Source: an uncultured Nitrospiraceae bacterium
GTDB taxonomy: Bacteria > Nitrospirota > Thermodesulfovibrionia > Thermodesulfovibrionales > SM23-35
DNA length: 64,000 nt
Direction: 5' to 3'
Assembly: GCA_963727775.1 (NCBI GenBank)
Contig: CAVSHB010000002.1
Span: 544,001-608,000, forward strand
Shown here: in pieces, positions 49,304 through 59,802 of the stretch
Layout of the letters: each line of letters begins with the position of its first letter
Position numbering within the stretch: the first letter of the stretch is position 1
Translations under genes and position numbers: made by a program
The notes under the pieces: model-generated
What the model was told of the DNA's origin: nothing
Seen by the model: the letters and a program-made list of their open reading frames with translations, nothing else
Database searches by the model: none

Positions 49304-49504
49304 ATGAAACTCAGCTCGCGCAATTAGATTGCAGGAAAAGTGCTCTCGATCAGCAAAGGACCGATCATGGCGAAAGTGAAAATTGACATCGGCAACAGAA
49401 AAGCTCTAACATCAATCATCACAGCGGATGCTGCCGATGACCTTGCCTTAAAAGAAGGCGTTGCCGCAGTAATAAAAGCAACAAGCATAATGATCGGAAA
49501 ATAG
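49304..49504 (+). pseudogene. Mop/TOBE molybdate-binding protein with an in-frame TAG at codon 8
   Basis: MKLSSRN*IAGKV...LTSIITADAADDLALKEG-VAAVIKATSIMIGK; RBS AGGAGG; TAG at 49325-49327. Confidence 0.85.
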
Positions 49505-49516
49505 GAGGCTACTGAT

Positions 49517-50278
49517 ATGAAAAGGCTACTGATATTTTTGTTCATGCTTGTCATTATTCCCTTGTGTGCATATCTCTCGGCAGCGTTAGCCGGTGATGTT
49601 ACCGTCTCCGCAGCGATCAGTCTGAAGAATGCCTTCGAAGACATCGGAAAACTCTATGAGGTCAAACATACGGGAACAAAAGTGCTCTTCAACTTTGGAG
49701 CTTCGGGTGACCTTGCTCGCCAGATAGAAGGCGGCGCGCCGGTTGATGTGTTTGCCTCAGCAGCGCAGAAGGACATGGATGATATAGCCGCCAAAGGTTA
49801 CATTCTGCCAAGTTCACGGGTGGACTTCGTCAAGAACACCCTTGTTCTGATAACCCCAAAGCCTGGTGCGGTCAAGTCGTTTATGGATCTCTCATCAGAT
49901 GGGGTAAAACGCATAGCTGCCGGCAATCCAAGGACGGTTCCCGCCGGACGTTATGCAGCAGAGGTCTTTGACTACTACAAAATTACGAGACCCATTAAGG
50001 ACAAGCTCATTTATGCGGAAAATGTGCGCCAGGTGCTCGACTATGTCGCACGCGGCGAAGTAGATGCAGGAATCGTATATGCAACTGATGCGGCGGTCCG
50101 TAGCGGAGAAACCCATATAGTAACCGAAGCGCCGGAGGCGAGCCACAAGCCGGCGATATATCCGATTGCCATAGTCAAAGAAACAAAAAATAAATCAGCT
50201 GCCAAGTCCTTCATCGAAATGGTTCGTTCCAAAGAAGGAATCGCAATCCTTAAGAAATACGGATTTCGCATTCCTTAG
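49517..50278 (+). CDS. modA: molybdate ABC transporter substrate-binding protein
   Basis: AAISL, FGASG.L..QI..GAP.DVF.SA, VPAGRYA, NVRQVL, GIVYATD. Confidence 0.95.
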   Translation: MKRLLIFLFMLVIIPLCAYLSAALAGDVTVSAAISLKNAFEDIGKLYEVKHTGTKVLFNFGASGDLARQIEGGAPVDVFASAAQKDMDDIAAKGYILPSSRVDFVKNTLVLITPKPGAVKSFMDLSSDGVKRIAAGNPRTVPAGRYAAEVFDYYKITRPIKDKLIYAENVRQVLDYVARGEVDAGIVYATDAAVRSGETHIVTEAPEASHKPAIYPIAIVKETKNKSAAKSFIEMVRSKEGIAILKKYGFRIP

Positions 50279-50280
50279 TC

Positions 50281-50946
50281 ATGGACAGTTCGGTTTTATT
50301 CTCCATGCGGTTGTCGCTGCAGATCGCCGCTGTATCGACGTTCTTTATTGTTGTCATCGGTGTGCCGCTTGCCTATCTCCTTGCCCGTAAGAACTTCCCG
50401 GGCAAGGAGATTCTTGACATTGTGCTAACGTTGCCGCTCGTTCTGCCACCTACCGTGACCGGATATTATCTCATCGTTGCTTTTGGCAGAAACGGCTTTA
50501 TTGGCAGATATCTCTATGAATGGATGGAGTGGAACATTATGTTTACCTGGTACGCGGCGGTGCTCGCCTCTTTTGTTGTCGCATTGCCGCTCATGATCAA
50601 AATAGGGCGCGCGGCGCTGGAAGCAGTCGACAGAAACCTTATCAATACCTCCTATACCTTGGGACATTCTGAATGGGAGACTGCTCTCAAGGTAACGTTG
50701 CCTCTCGCGAAACGCGGGCTGCTTGCCGGTATTGTACTGTCTTTTGCCCGTGCGCTGGGAGAGTTCGGCGCAACCCTTATGCTGGCGGGCAATATTCCCG
50801 GCAAGACTAACACGATGCCGCTGGCAATATACTCGCTTGCGGCTAGCGGAGACTGGCATGAGGCGACCGTAATGGTCGTCTTGCTTACACTGATGGCTGG
50901 AATATTCCTTTACCTTGCCAACCGATATAGCAGAAGGATTTTCTGA
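50281..50946 (+). CDS. modB: molybdate ABC transporter permease
   Basis: LPLVLPPTVTGY, FARALGEFGAT, GNIPGKT. Confidence 0.95.
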   Translation: MDSSVLFSMRLSLQIAAVSTFFIVVIGVPLAYLLARKNFPGKEILDIVLTLPLVLPPTVTGYYLIVAFGRNGFIGRYLYEWMEWNIMFTWYAAVLASFVVALPLMIKIGRAALEAVDRNLINTSYTLGHSEWETALKVTLPLAKRGLLAGIVLSFARALGEFGATLMLAGNIPGKTNTMPLAIYSLAASGDWHEATVMVVLLTLMAGIFLYLANRYSRRIF

Positions 50947-51704
50947 TGGGCCTTCTGGTCTCGGTTAAGAAAGCAGTCAAAGGCTTCACCTTGGATGTTT
51001 CCTGGGAAATAGGCAATGAGCTTGCCGTGCTCTTCGGCTTTTCTGGTTCCGGCAAATCACTTACTCTACAGATCATTACCGGACTGATAAAGCCTGACAG
51101 CGGTATTATCACTGTCAATGGCTCAACCTATTTCGATAGTGCACTCCATATCAGTATTTCTCCGCAGCAGCGGTCACTTGGGTATGTATCTCAGGATCTG
51201 GCGCTTTTCCCGCATATGACAGTCAGGCAAAACATCCTTTTTGGCGCCAAGGGAGTGCCCGAACGCGAGACTACTAAACGATATCAGGAAATGATAGATG
51301 CTTTTTACCTGAATGTTCTCGAAAAAAAGCGTCCTTCTGAAATATCCGGGGGGCAGAAACAGCGGGTCGCGTTTGCTCGGGCTCTGATGAGGAGACCTGA
51401 TGTTCTCTTGCTGGATGAGCCCTTTTCAGCTTTGGATACACCGCTCAGAATCGAAATGCGTACTTTTTTGAAGGACTTGCGTAATACGTTTCAGGTTCCG
51501 GTCGTACTGGTAACCCATGATGCTATAGAAGCGGCAACTTTGGCAGACTCAATCGTAGTCTATTCCGAGGGGATTGTCATTCAGAGCGGCACAGCAGCGG
51601 ATGTTTTTGGGAGTCCAACAGATGAGCGTGTCAAGCGTTTGTTGATGGGACAGGAGCATGCGCTCCACGCTCTATGCGTATTTACTAACCAACAAACAAA
51701 TTGA
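50946..51704 (+). CDS. modC: molybdate ABC transporter ATP-binding protein
   Basis: GFSGSGKS, ISGGQKQR, LLLDEPFSALD; follows modB. Confidence 0.9.
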   Translation: MGLLVSVKKAVKGFTLDVSWEIGNELAVLFGFSGSGKSLTLQIITGLIKPDSGIITVNGSTYFDSALHISISPQQRSLGYVSQDLALFPHMTVRQNILFGAKGVPERETTKRYQEMIDAFYLNVLEKKRPSEISGGQKQRVAFARALMRRPDVLLLDEPFSALDTPLRIEMRTFLKDLRNTFQVPVVLVTHDAIEAATLADSIVVYSEGIVIQSGTAADVFGSPTDERVKRLLMGQEHALHALCVFTNQQTN

Positions 51705-51727
51705 TTTGGATCATGAGGTCATAAACG

Positions 51728-52501
51728 ATGCTAACTCAGCTCAGTGATAAAGAATTAGAACGGTTTAGGCGGCAGTTGACGCTCAGCGGCTATACGAAGG
51801 AGCACCAGATCAAGCTGAAGAACAGCACGGCACTCATAGCTGGCGTCGGAGGGGTCGGAGGGACGACGGCCCTGTATCTTGCGATTGCCGGAATTGGCAG
51901 ACTCAAGCTTGTCCACTCCGGGGTATTAACATCCTCCAACCTGAATAGGCAGATACTGATGACGGAGGACTGGATCGGAAAGACAAGAGTTGATTGTGCA
52001 AAGGCGATAATTCAGCGCATTGCTTCAGGAGTGCAGGTGGATATCTACGATGAACGAATGACATCGGACAACAGTGCTGATTTTGTTTGCGATGCCGATG
52101 CCGCTGTTTCAGCCCGGCCCAATTTCCCTGAACGATGCGCGCTTAATAGCGCGTGCGTTCAGCACAGGATCCCCGTGATAGAAGGTGCGATGTTTGATAT
52201 GGATGCTTATGTGTTTTCCATCAACCCAGGACATACTCCCTGCTTCCACTGTCTGTTCAAAGATGCAGATAGCCGCTGGCAGGAGCTTGGATTCCCTGTG
52301 CTTGGTGCACTTTCAGGAACACTTGGCTGCATGATGGCTGTTGAGGCAGTCAAGGTCATCACCGGTTACGGCCAACCACTTTTCTCAAAAATGCTGCTGT
52401 ATAACCTTGCAAGCATGGACTTTTCTACTATCGCCATTAATCGCGACCCTAACTGTTCTGTTTGCGGAGCACTACAGGTCTCCGAAGGGGTAAAAACATG
52501 A
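51728..52501 (+). CDS. HesA/MoeB/ThiF-family adenylyltransferase
   Basis: RFRRQL, GVGGVG, SNLNRQIL, PCFHC and CSVC zinc motifs. Confidence 0.92.
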   Translation: MLTQLSDKELERFRRQLTLSGYTKEHQIKLKNSTALIAGVGGVGGTTALYLAIAGIGRLKLVHSGVLTSSNLNRQILMTEDWIGKTRVDCAKAIIQRIASGVQVDIYDERMTSDNSADFVCDADAAVSARPNFPERCALNSACVQHRIPVIEGAMFDMDAYVFSINPGHTPCFHCLFKDADSRWQELGFPVLGALSGTLGCMMAVEAVKVITGYGQPLFSKMLLYNLASMDFSTIAINRDPNCSVCGALQVSEGVKT

Positions 52502-52731
52502 ATACTACAACGATTACCGTAAAACTCTTTGGGCCGCTCCGGGGGAAAAGGGCATCAGACCAGAAAGTGATGATTTCAGAAAAAGAACCAATACACACTG
52601 TTATCGAACGTCTGCCAATCGAGCCACAGGCGTGGTATCTGTATTCGGTTAATGGGCAACACGCCAAAGCCGACACTCAGCTACATGATGGCGATGTTCT
52701 TATGATCATCCCTCCGATCAGCGGTGGATAA
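52498..52731 (+). CDS. MoaD/ThiS-family sulfur carrier
   Basis: VKLFG..VNG..LHDGD..IPPISGG C-terminal diglycine; ATG overlaps the upstream stop region. Confidence 0.9.
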   Translation: MNTTTITVKLFGPLRGKRASDQKVMISEKEPIHTVIERLPIEPQAWYLYSVNGQHAKADTQLHDGDVLMIIPPISGG

Positions 52732-52865
52732 GTGGAGACCGCAAAAAACCGGGGAGGCATAGTGCGTCATCTCCTACAAGAAGAATTGATTTCCGCCCCA
52801 TCTTTCCAGTTCATCCCAAATGCTTCAAGATATTAGAGATAAAGTATTTATGAATTATCTGGGTT

Positions 52866-53000
52866 AGAGTCTGTCCATAAATTGCTTTTATTGTAAGAAA
52901 CCGTCATTCCTGTGAAAACGGGAATCCATTCTTTCCAAAGGTTTCTGGATACCCACCTTCGCGGGTATGACGGATTAAATGGAGTTTATGGACAGATACT
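52866..53000. repeat. 135-bp MITE/REP-like palindromic element
   Basis: Outer IR TCTGTCCATAAA / TTTATGGACAGA; inner GTCATTCC..GGGAATCCA..TGGATACCC..GGGTATGAC. Confidence 0.7.
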
Positions 53001-53262
53001 TATTAGTCCGGATTACGAACGAGATAGGTGTTCCGCGAGGACATAGTCCACTTTATTCATACACTGATCATCGATAACGGCGGAAAAGGCGGACACGGTA
53101 TTTTCGCTCATTCTCGGGCTATCGCCCTCCGAGGTAAATTCTGTTCCGATAAATCTTCACAGAATTTAAAGCCGCTCAAATACCGTCTCCACTTTTATTT
53201 ACAAATACTTTATGAAAATTAGAGTCTGCATAATCCGCAAGCTTTTGTGACTTCCCAAAAAG

Positions 53263-53367
53263 CTACAAAAATGTATACAAAAATGTAGCAAGTAACATTA
53301 TTGTAGCATTAACTGGAAATGCCTTTCTTTAATTATCAATAAGTTATCACCTGGCATGGTTTTCGTA
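53263..53367 (+). promoter_or_regulatory. ACA-N4-TGT boxes plus a sigma54-like promoter for the HTH-porin-amtB-glnK operon
   Basis: CTACAAAAATGTA (53263), TACAAAAATGTAG (53276), AACATTATTGTAG (53294); TGGCATG-GTTT-TCGTA at 53352-67 (degenerate -12). Confidence 0.65.
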
Positions 53368-53380
53368 TTGAGGACATCAG

Positions 53381-53587
53381 GTGAGAACGATGGAATCCCT
53401 CACGGAGAAACTCAAAGAGATCGAAAAGGGAGAGATCCTTAACGCATTGAGAGAGTGCAATTGGATTATGTCGAGGGCCGCAAGAAGACTCGGTATAACC
53501 GAAAGGATGATCGGTTACAAGATCAAGAAATACCGGATAAAAAGGGAGGTGGAGAATTTCGAGGGGCAAGATATACGAGGGGCATAA
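53381..53587 (+). CDS. stand-alone Fis-type (NifA C-terminal-like) HTH protein
   Basis: IEKGEILNALRECNWIMSRAARRLGITERMIGYKIKKY; own RBS; no AAA domain upstream. Confidence 0.8.
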   Translation: MRTMESLTEKLKEIEKGEILNALRECNWIMSRAARRLGITERMIGYKIKKYRIKREVENFEGQDIRGA

Positions 53588-53646
53588 AGCAATTTGCAAT
53601 CGAGCTACAATTTTGTTATATGGGTATTAATAAAAAAAGGAGGAAG

Positions 53647-54771
53647 ATGACGAAAGGGATTTTTACAAGCGGGCTGATGTTTTTAGTGTTATTAACATTC
53701 AGTGCGGGGGTTTGGGCTGATGAGGAGAAGAAGGCAAGCGGGATCAATGTTGACGAAATAAAGAAAGCGCTCGGCCTGAGCATATATCTGCAGGGAGGAT
53801 ACAACTATAACTTTGCGAGCCCGGATTCGGGTGAGAACCAGTTGAGGGTGTTCGACCATAAGGCCAACAGCTTTACGCTGGACCTTGCGCAGATACAATT
53901 TGTAAAAGACCCGGCCGTAGGCGGCTTAGGCTATAAGCTGAAATTATCATTCGGCGAGACCGCTAAGTTTATCCATGCCACGGGACTCGGCAATGCAGGT
54001 GATGAATTTGATCTCACCGAGGCGTATATAAGTTATTCAGCGCCATTGGGTAAGGGTCTCAGGTTCGACTTTGGAAAGATGGCGACATATCACGGGGCGG
54101 AGGTGATCGAGGCAAGGGACAACCCGAACTATTCCCGCTCTTATCTTTTTAACTTTGCCATACCATTCACCCATACAGGACTGAAAATGAGTTATGCATT
54201 TTCCGATACCCTGAACGCGTCGGTCCATGTAGTCAACGGTTGGGACAACTTCAACGATAACAACAAGTCGAAAACCATGGGCTTATCAGTCGGCTATACC
54301 CCGGTTGAACAGCTTGCAATGATTTTCAACCTTATGTACGGACCTGAAAAAGACGATAACAACCACGACAACCGGTTTCTGTTCGACTGGGTAGGTACGA
54401 TAAAGCCTGTAAAGAACCTTAGCATAATACTGAATACCGATTATGCGACAGAGCAACACTCTGATCCTGACAGCGGCGGCACGGCCAAATGGTATGGAGT
54501 ATCGGCAATCGCAAAATACGACTTCAGCGACATGTACAGTTTGTCGTTGAGGGGAGAATATTTCAACGACCAGAACGGGGTGAGAACAGGTACCCCGCAG
54601 CATTTGAAAGAAGTAACGCTGACGCCGGAGATCAGGGTAGCACAGGGTTTGATCGTGAGGCCTGAGTACAGGCATGACTGGTCGAACGGAACGGTATTTG
54701 ATGCACACGACATGCCGCTGAACAAGAAGCAGCAGGACACGGTTACCCTAGCGTTGATGTATACATGGTAA
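53647..54771 (+). CDS. putative outer-membrane beta-barrel porin
   Basis: Signal peptide; alternating aromatic/hydrophobic strands, N.NYSRSYLF..PFTHTG, VNGWD, RPEYRHD, C-terminal YTW. Confidence 0.8.
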   Translation: MTKGIFTSGLMFLVLLTFSAGVWADEEKKASGINVDEIKKALGLSIYLQGGYNYNFASPDSGENQLRVFDHKANSFTLDLAQIQFVKDPAVGGLGYKLKLSFGETAKFIHATGLGNAGDEFDLTEAYISYSAPLGKGLRFDFGKMATYHGAEVIEARDNPNYSRSYLFNFAIPFTHTGLKMSYAFSDTLNASVHVVNGWDNFNDNNKSKTMGLSVGYTPVEQLAMIFNLMYGPEKDDNNHDNRFLFDWVGTIKPVKNLSIILNTDYATEQHSDPDSGGTAKWYGVSAIAKYDFSDMYSLSLRGEYFNDQNGVRTGTPQHLKEVTLTPEIRVAQGLIVRPEYRHDWSNGTVFDAHDMPLNKKQQDTVTLALMYTW

Positions 54772-54802
54772 GTAAAAAGAAAGATCAGCAAAGGAGGTTT
54801 GT

Positions 54803-56176
54803 ATGAAACGATTATTGAGTATATTGATGATAACAATCTGGATAATGAGTTTTGCGGGATTATTGTTTGCAGAAGAGGCCGTGACTAACCCTCCGACCCC
54901 CCCCGCAGCCGGGCAGGCCCAGCCTGCCCAGCCTGCGCCTCAGGCAACTGCGCCTGCGCCGAAGATAGACACAGGCGACACAGCATGGATGATCGTAGCA
55001 ACAGCGTTCGTCATGCTCATGACCTTACCTGGCCTTGCCCTGTTTTATGGCGGTCTGGCCAAGAGGAAAGACACCCTTAATACCATGGCTATGTCCTTTG
55101 TGACATATTGCATAGTGAGTCTGCTTTGGGTTATTTACGGGTTTACCTTTGCTTTCGGAACTGATGTTGGTGGAATTATAGGAAGTAGCGAAAAACTGTT
55201 TCTCCACGGCGTCGGGGTCAACAGTATCAATGACTTTGCTAAGACGATACCGGAGTATATCTATGTTGTTTATCAGCTCACATTTGCCGCCATAACCGTT
55301 GCCCTTGCAAGCGGCGGATATATTGAGAGGATGAAATTTTCGGCATGGGTGCTCTTTTCGATATTATGGTTAAGCCTGGTATATCTACCTATCGCGCACT
55401 GGGTATGGGGCGGCGGGTTTCTGGCAAAGATGGGGGCGCTGGATTTTGCAGGAGGTACAGTAGTGCACATTAATGCAGGTATTGCAGCTCTCGTAGGGGC
55501 ACTGGTCCTCGGTAAAAGGAAAGAAGCGTCCCTTAAACCGAGTAATTTAACGCTCGTCATTACCGGCGCGGGACTGCTCTGGTTCGGTTGGTTCGGTTTC
55601 AATGCAGGTTCGGCGGTTGCGGCAAACGGTCTTGCCGGCGCGGCTTTTATCAATACCAATACGGCAACCGCAATGGCGGCTGTATCATGGATGTTGACCG
55701 AATGGTTGCATACAAAGAAGCCGACTGTCCTCGGCCTTGCCTCAGGAGCGGTAGCGGGTCTTGTCGCGATTACTCCGGCGGCAGGATTTGTGAATATCAG
55801 CGGTGCATTTATTATCGGGATTCTGGCCGGTATAGTCCCCTATTTCGCTGTAGCAGCCATTAAACCGAGACTCGGTTATGACGACTCCCTTGATGCGTTC
55901 GGTATACATGGTGTCGGTGGGACTTTAGGCGCGGTTCTTACCGGTATATTTGCAGATCCGGCAATCAACGACGCAGGGAAAGGCCTTTTATACGGCAACC
56001 CCGGCCAGCTTTTGATGCAGCTCAAAGCCGTAGGCGTGACTTTAATATATAGCGGCGTCATGACCTTTATAATCTTCATGGTCATTAAGGCCACCATCGG
56101 GATAAGGGTCGGAGCCGAACAGGAAATTGTCGGGCTCGATGAAAGCCAGCACGGTGAAAAAGCATACAATCTGTAA
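54803..56176 (+). CDS. amtB: ammonium transporter
   Basis: [53 protein letters not shown]. Confidence 0.97.
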   Translation: MKRLLSILMITIWIMSFAGLLFAEEAVTNPPTPPAAGQAQPAQPAPQATAPAPKIDTGDTAWMIVATAFVMLMTLPGLALFYGGLAKRKDTLNTMAMSFVTYCIVSLLWVIYGFTFAFGTDVGGIIGSSEKLFLHGVGVNSINDFAKTIPEYIYVVYQLTFAAITVALASGGYIERMKFSAWVLFSILWLSLVYLPIAHWVWGGGFLAKMGALDFAGGTVVHINAGIAALVGALVLGKRKEASLKPSNLTLVITGAGLLWFGWFGFNAGSAVAANGLAGAAFINTNTATAMAAVSWMLTEWLHTKKPTVLGLASGAVAGLVAITPAAGFVNISGAFIIGILAGIVPYFAVAAIKPRLGYDDSLDAFGIHGVGGTLGAVLTGIFADPAINDAGKGLLYGNPGQLLMQLKAVGVTLIYSGVMTFIIFMVIKATIGIRVGAEQEIVGLDESQHGEKAYNL

Positions 56177-56192
56177 CGAAATATAAAAGTAG

Positions 56193-56549
<357 letters not shown>

Positions 56550-56560
56550 GGAAATTTATC

Positions 56561-56769
56561 CTACAAAATTGTAGAAGCTACAAAATTGTAGGATTATTTC
56601 GCACAGCACCCAGCCTTTCGGGAAATGTTGATAGACCTTGATAATAAGGGCTGCGGCTTTTTTTTGAGTAAACAATTCCTACAAAATTGTAGGAATTGTT
56701 TACTGCTGTATTTTCCAGTAATAATTATTGCTTTAGAATCAAGCAGTTCCTCCTGGCATGCTTTTAGAT
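56561..56769 (+). promoter_or_regulatory. three CTACAAAATTGTAG boxes plus a sigma54-like promoter for amtB2-glnA
   Basis: Identical boxes at 56561, 56578 and 56679; TGGCATG-CTTT-TAGAT at 56754-69 (degenerate -12). Confidence 0.7.
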
Positions 56770-56800
56770 ATATAGCATGCAAAGAACCAAAGGAGGAAGT

Positions 56801-58148
56801 ATGGGCAAATTACTTGGAGTACTCTTATTAATGGGACTGTTGTGTATGACCGTGCCAGGGATATTATACGGCCAGGATGTGGCTCCGGTCTCCGGTCAGG
56901 TTGCTCCTGCTGTTGCAACCTCAAAGATAGACTCCGGAGACACTGCGTGGATGCTGGTCTCCACCGCACTGGTTATGCTTATGACGCCCGGGCTTGCCCT
57001 GTTTTACGGTGGAATGGTGAGAGGGAAAAACGTGCTCGGAACGATCATGCAAAGCTTTATTGCCATTGCGGTGATAAGCGTGCAGTGGATATTGATCGGA
57101 TACAGTCTTTCCTTTGGCCCTGACGTACATGGCGTCATCGGAAGCCTCGAGCTGGGCAGGTCTCAATGGGGTCGGGATTACGCCGAATCCTGATTATGCG
57201 CCCACAATTCCTCATGCGCTGTTTATGATGTATCAGGCAATGTTTGCGGTTATTACTCCGGCGCTGATCACAGGCGCATTCGCAGAAAGAATGAAATTCT
57301 CGGCATTCCTCGTCTTCACCATAATATGGTCGACCGTTGTCTATGACCCGGTGGCCCATTGGGTCTGGGGTGCAGGCGGGTGGCTTAAGAATATGGGCGC
57401 TCTGGATTTTGCAGGCGGCATTGTTGTTCATCTCATCTCCGGGATTTCCGCCCTTGCTGCTGCGCTTGTTATCGGAAAAAGAAAAGGTTATCTGCAGGAA
57501 GCGATGTATCCTCACAACCTTCCGATGACCGTTCTCGGCGCCGGGCTTTTGTGGTTCGGATGGTTCGGGTTTAATGCCGGAAGCGCCCTTTCAGCCGGTA
57601 CATTAAGCACTATGGCCTTTGTTGCTACACATATATCCGCTGTCGTCGCGACAACGGTTTGGGTGGTCATCGAATGGCTGCACAGGGGCAAGCCTACAAT
57701 GTTCGGCGCCGCAACGGGAGCAATTGCGGGGCTTGCCACAATAACGCCCGCAGCCGGTTTCGTAAGCCCGATGTCGGCGTTTATTATAGGGTTATCAGCC
57801 GGCGCTGTTTGCTATGGAGCCTTGAATATGAAGGGCAGAATAGGCTATGATGATTCACTCGATGCATTCGGAGTCCATGGAGTCGGAGGTATATTGGGAA
57901 CGATCGCAACAGGTCTTTTTGCCCAGACATTGATCAACCCTGCGGGGGGCAACGGACTCTTCTTCGGCAATAATAATATGTTTATCTCGCAGGTGATCGC
58001 GATACTGGTAACGGGAGTTTATTCATTTGTTATTACCATAGTGCTCCTTAAGGTAATCGACAGAACTATAGGATTGAGGCTCGGCGAAGAGGCAGAGATG
58101 AGCGGTCTCGATATATCCCAGCATGGTGAGAGCGGATATTCTTCGTAA
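56801..58148 (+). pseudogene. amtB: second ammonium transporter, frameshifted near 57150
   Basis: The N-terminal half ([19 protein letters not shown]) and the rest (SWAGLNG..DFAGG..HGESGY) are in different frames; removing one base restores one ORF. May be a sequencing error. Confidence 0.85.
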
Positions 58149-58207
58149 AGCTGCATAAACCTGCGAAGCAAAATTTCAAAACTTTATTTTATAAGGAGGT
58201 AGTCGAC

Positions 58208-59620
58208 ATGACACCAAAAGAAGTAATGGAATTGGCAAAGAAGAACAAAGCAGTAATGGTAGACCTGAAGTTCATGGATTTTCCGGGACTGTGGCAGCAT
58301 TTTTCGGTACCGATAAAAGAGCTGACAGAGGACATGTTCGAAAGCGGGTTGGGCTTTGACGGCTCATCCATAAGGGGCTGGCAGGCGATCCACATGAGCG
58401 ACATGCTGGTAATCCCGGATCCAACGACAGCGATAATGGACCCGGTGACGCAACACCCCACGGTGAGCATGATCTGCACAATCGTAGACCCGATCACAAA
58501 AGAGCAATACTCAAGAGACCCCCGGTATGTCGCGCAGAAGGCTGAAGCCTACATGAAGTCGACAAAGGTTGCCGACACGGCATACTTCGGACCCGAGGCG
58601 GAATTCTTCATATTTGATGACGTGCGGTTTGACTATACCTCAAACAGCGGATATCACTTTGTAGATTCAGACGAGGGGATATGGAACTCGGGGAGAGAAG
58701 AAAGCCCGAACCTCGGATACAAGCCGAGACATAAAGAGGGATACTTCCCGGTCGCCCCGATGGACAAGCAGCAGGACCTCCGGACAGAGATGGTGCTGGA
58801 GTTGCAGAAGGCGGGGATAGAGATAGAGGCCCAGCATCATGAAGTAGCGACAGGGGGCCAGGCGGAGATCGATATGAGGTTCTCGCCCCTGGTAAACATG
58901 GCGGACAAGTTGATGATGTACAAGTATATCATCAAGAATGTAGCAGTAAGGAACGGAAAGACCGTGACGATGATGCCGAAGCCACTCTTCGGCGATAATG
59001 GTTCAGGCATGCATACACACCAGAGCCTGTGGAAAGGCGGCAAGCCGTTATTTGCGGGTAACGCATACGCTGGGGTGTCCGAAATGGCCTTGTATTACAT
59101 AGGGGGAATACTCAAGCATGCCGCGGCGCTGGCAGCGTTAGTAGCGCCAACAACGAACTCATACAAGAGACTGGTGCCGGGATATGAGGCGCCGATCAAC
59201 CTTGCGTATTCAAGCAGGAACCGGTCGGCGGCGATCAGGATCCCAATGTATTCCCCGAGCCCGAAGGCAAAGAGGATAGAAGTAAGGTTCCCTGATCCGT
59301 CCTGCAACCCGTATCTTGCGTTCTCAGCGATGCTCATGGCGGGATTGGACGGGATAGAGAACAAGATAGATCCTGGAGAGCCGCTGGATAAGGACATCTA
59401 CGAGCTTGGGCCTGAGGAACTCGCGAAGGTGCCGAGTCTTCCTGGTTCACTCGAGGACGCGCTTGATTGCCTTGAGAAAGACCACGACTTCATGATGAAA
59501 GGCGACGTATTCACGAAAGATGTAATCGAGATGTGGATAAGCTACAAGAGAGCTAAAGAAGTCGACGCGCTGAGGCTCAGGCCCCATCCCTACGAGTTCT
59601 TTCTCTATTACGATATTTAA
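58208..59620 (+). CDS. glnA: glutamine synthetase type I
   Basis: [57 protein letters not shown] adenylylation-site Tyr. Confidence 0.98.
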   Translation: MTPKEVMELAKKNKAVMVDLKFMDFPGLWQHFSVPIKELTEDMFESGLGFDGSSIRGWQAIHMSDMLVIPDPTTAIMDPVTQHPTVSMICTIVDPITKEQYSRDPRYVAQKAEAYMKSTKVADTAYFGPEAEFFIFDDVRFDYTSNSGYHFVDSDEGIWNSGREESPNLGYKPRHKEGYFPVAPMDKQQDLRTEMVLELQKAGIEIEAQHHEVATGGQAEIDMRFSPLVNMADKLMMYKYIIKNVAVRNGKTVTMMPKPLFGDNGSGMHTHQSLWKGGKPLFAGNAYAGVSEMALYYIGGILKHAAALAALVAPTTNSYKRLVPGYEAPINLAYSSRNRSAAIRIPMYSPSPKAKRIEVRFPDPSCNPYLAFSAMLMAGLDGIENKIDPGEPLDKDIYELGPEELAKVPSLPGSLEDALDCLEKDHDFMMKGDVFTKDVIEMWISYKRAKEVDALRLRPHPYEFFLYYDI

Positions 59621-59651
59621 CAATAATTGCCTTTAAGTCGCATGATATTTG

Positions 59652-59699
59652 TAACTCCTCCTAACCTCCCCTTAAGATAAGGGGAGGAAGGTGGGGTTA
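59652..59699. repeat. short palindrome downstream of glnA
   Basis: TAACTCCTCC-TAA-CCTCCCCTTA-AGA-TAAGGGGAGG-AA-GGTGGGGTTA. Confidence 0.6.
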
Positions 59700-59802
59700 T
59701 GAAATCTTGATGAATTGCATTCACCTCAACCTTTACACCTTCCGAAAGTAATTGTTAAGCTAATATTTGAGAGCAAAGCAGTCGCAGCCCATTACTGATA
59801 TA

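Noticed and set aside
38190..49327. Amber recoding (pyrrolysine or Gln read-through) suggested by in-frame TAGs in the IS1634 transposase and mop
   Set aside because: The two TAGs replace different residues (Trp, probably Gln), each by one substitution, and TAG is a normal stop for the creatininase gene, modA, glnK and apbE.
48101..52731. Claim that the organism fixes nitrogen
   Set aside because: No nifH, nifD, nifK, nifE or nifN is in the window; nifB alone is insufficient.
53455..53646. N-terminal extension of the porin ORF
   Set aside because: It overlaps the HTH gene in another frame; the signal peptide and RBS point to ATG 53647.
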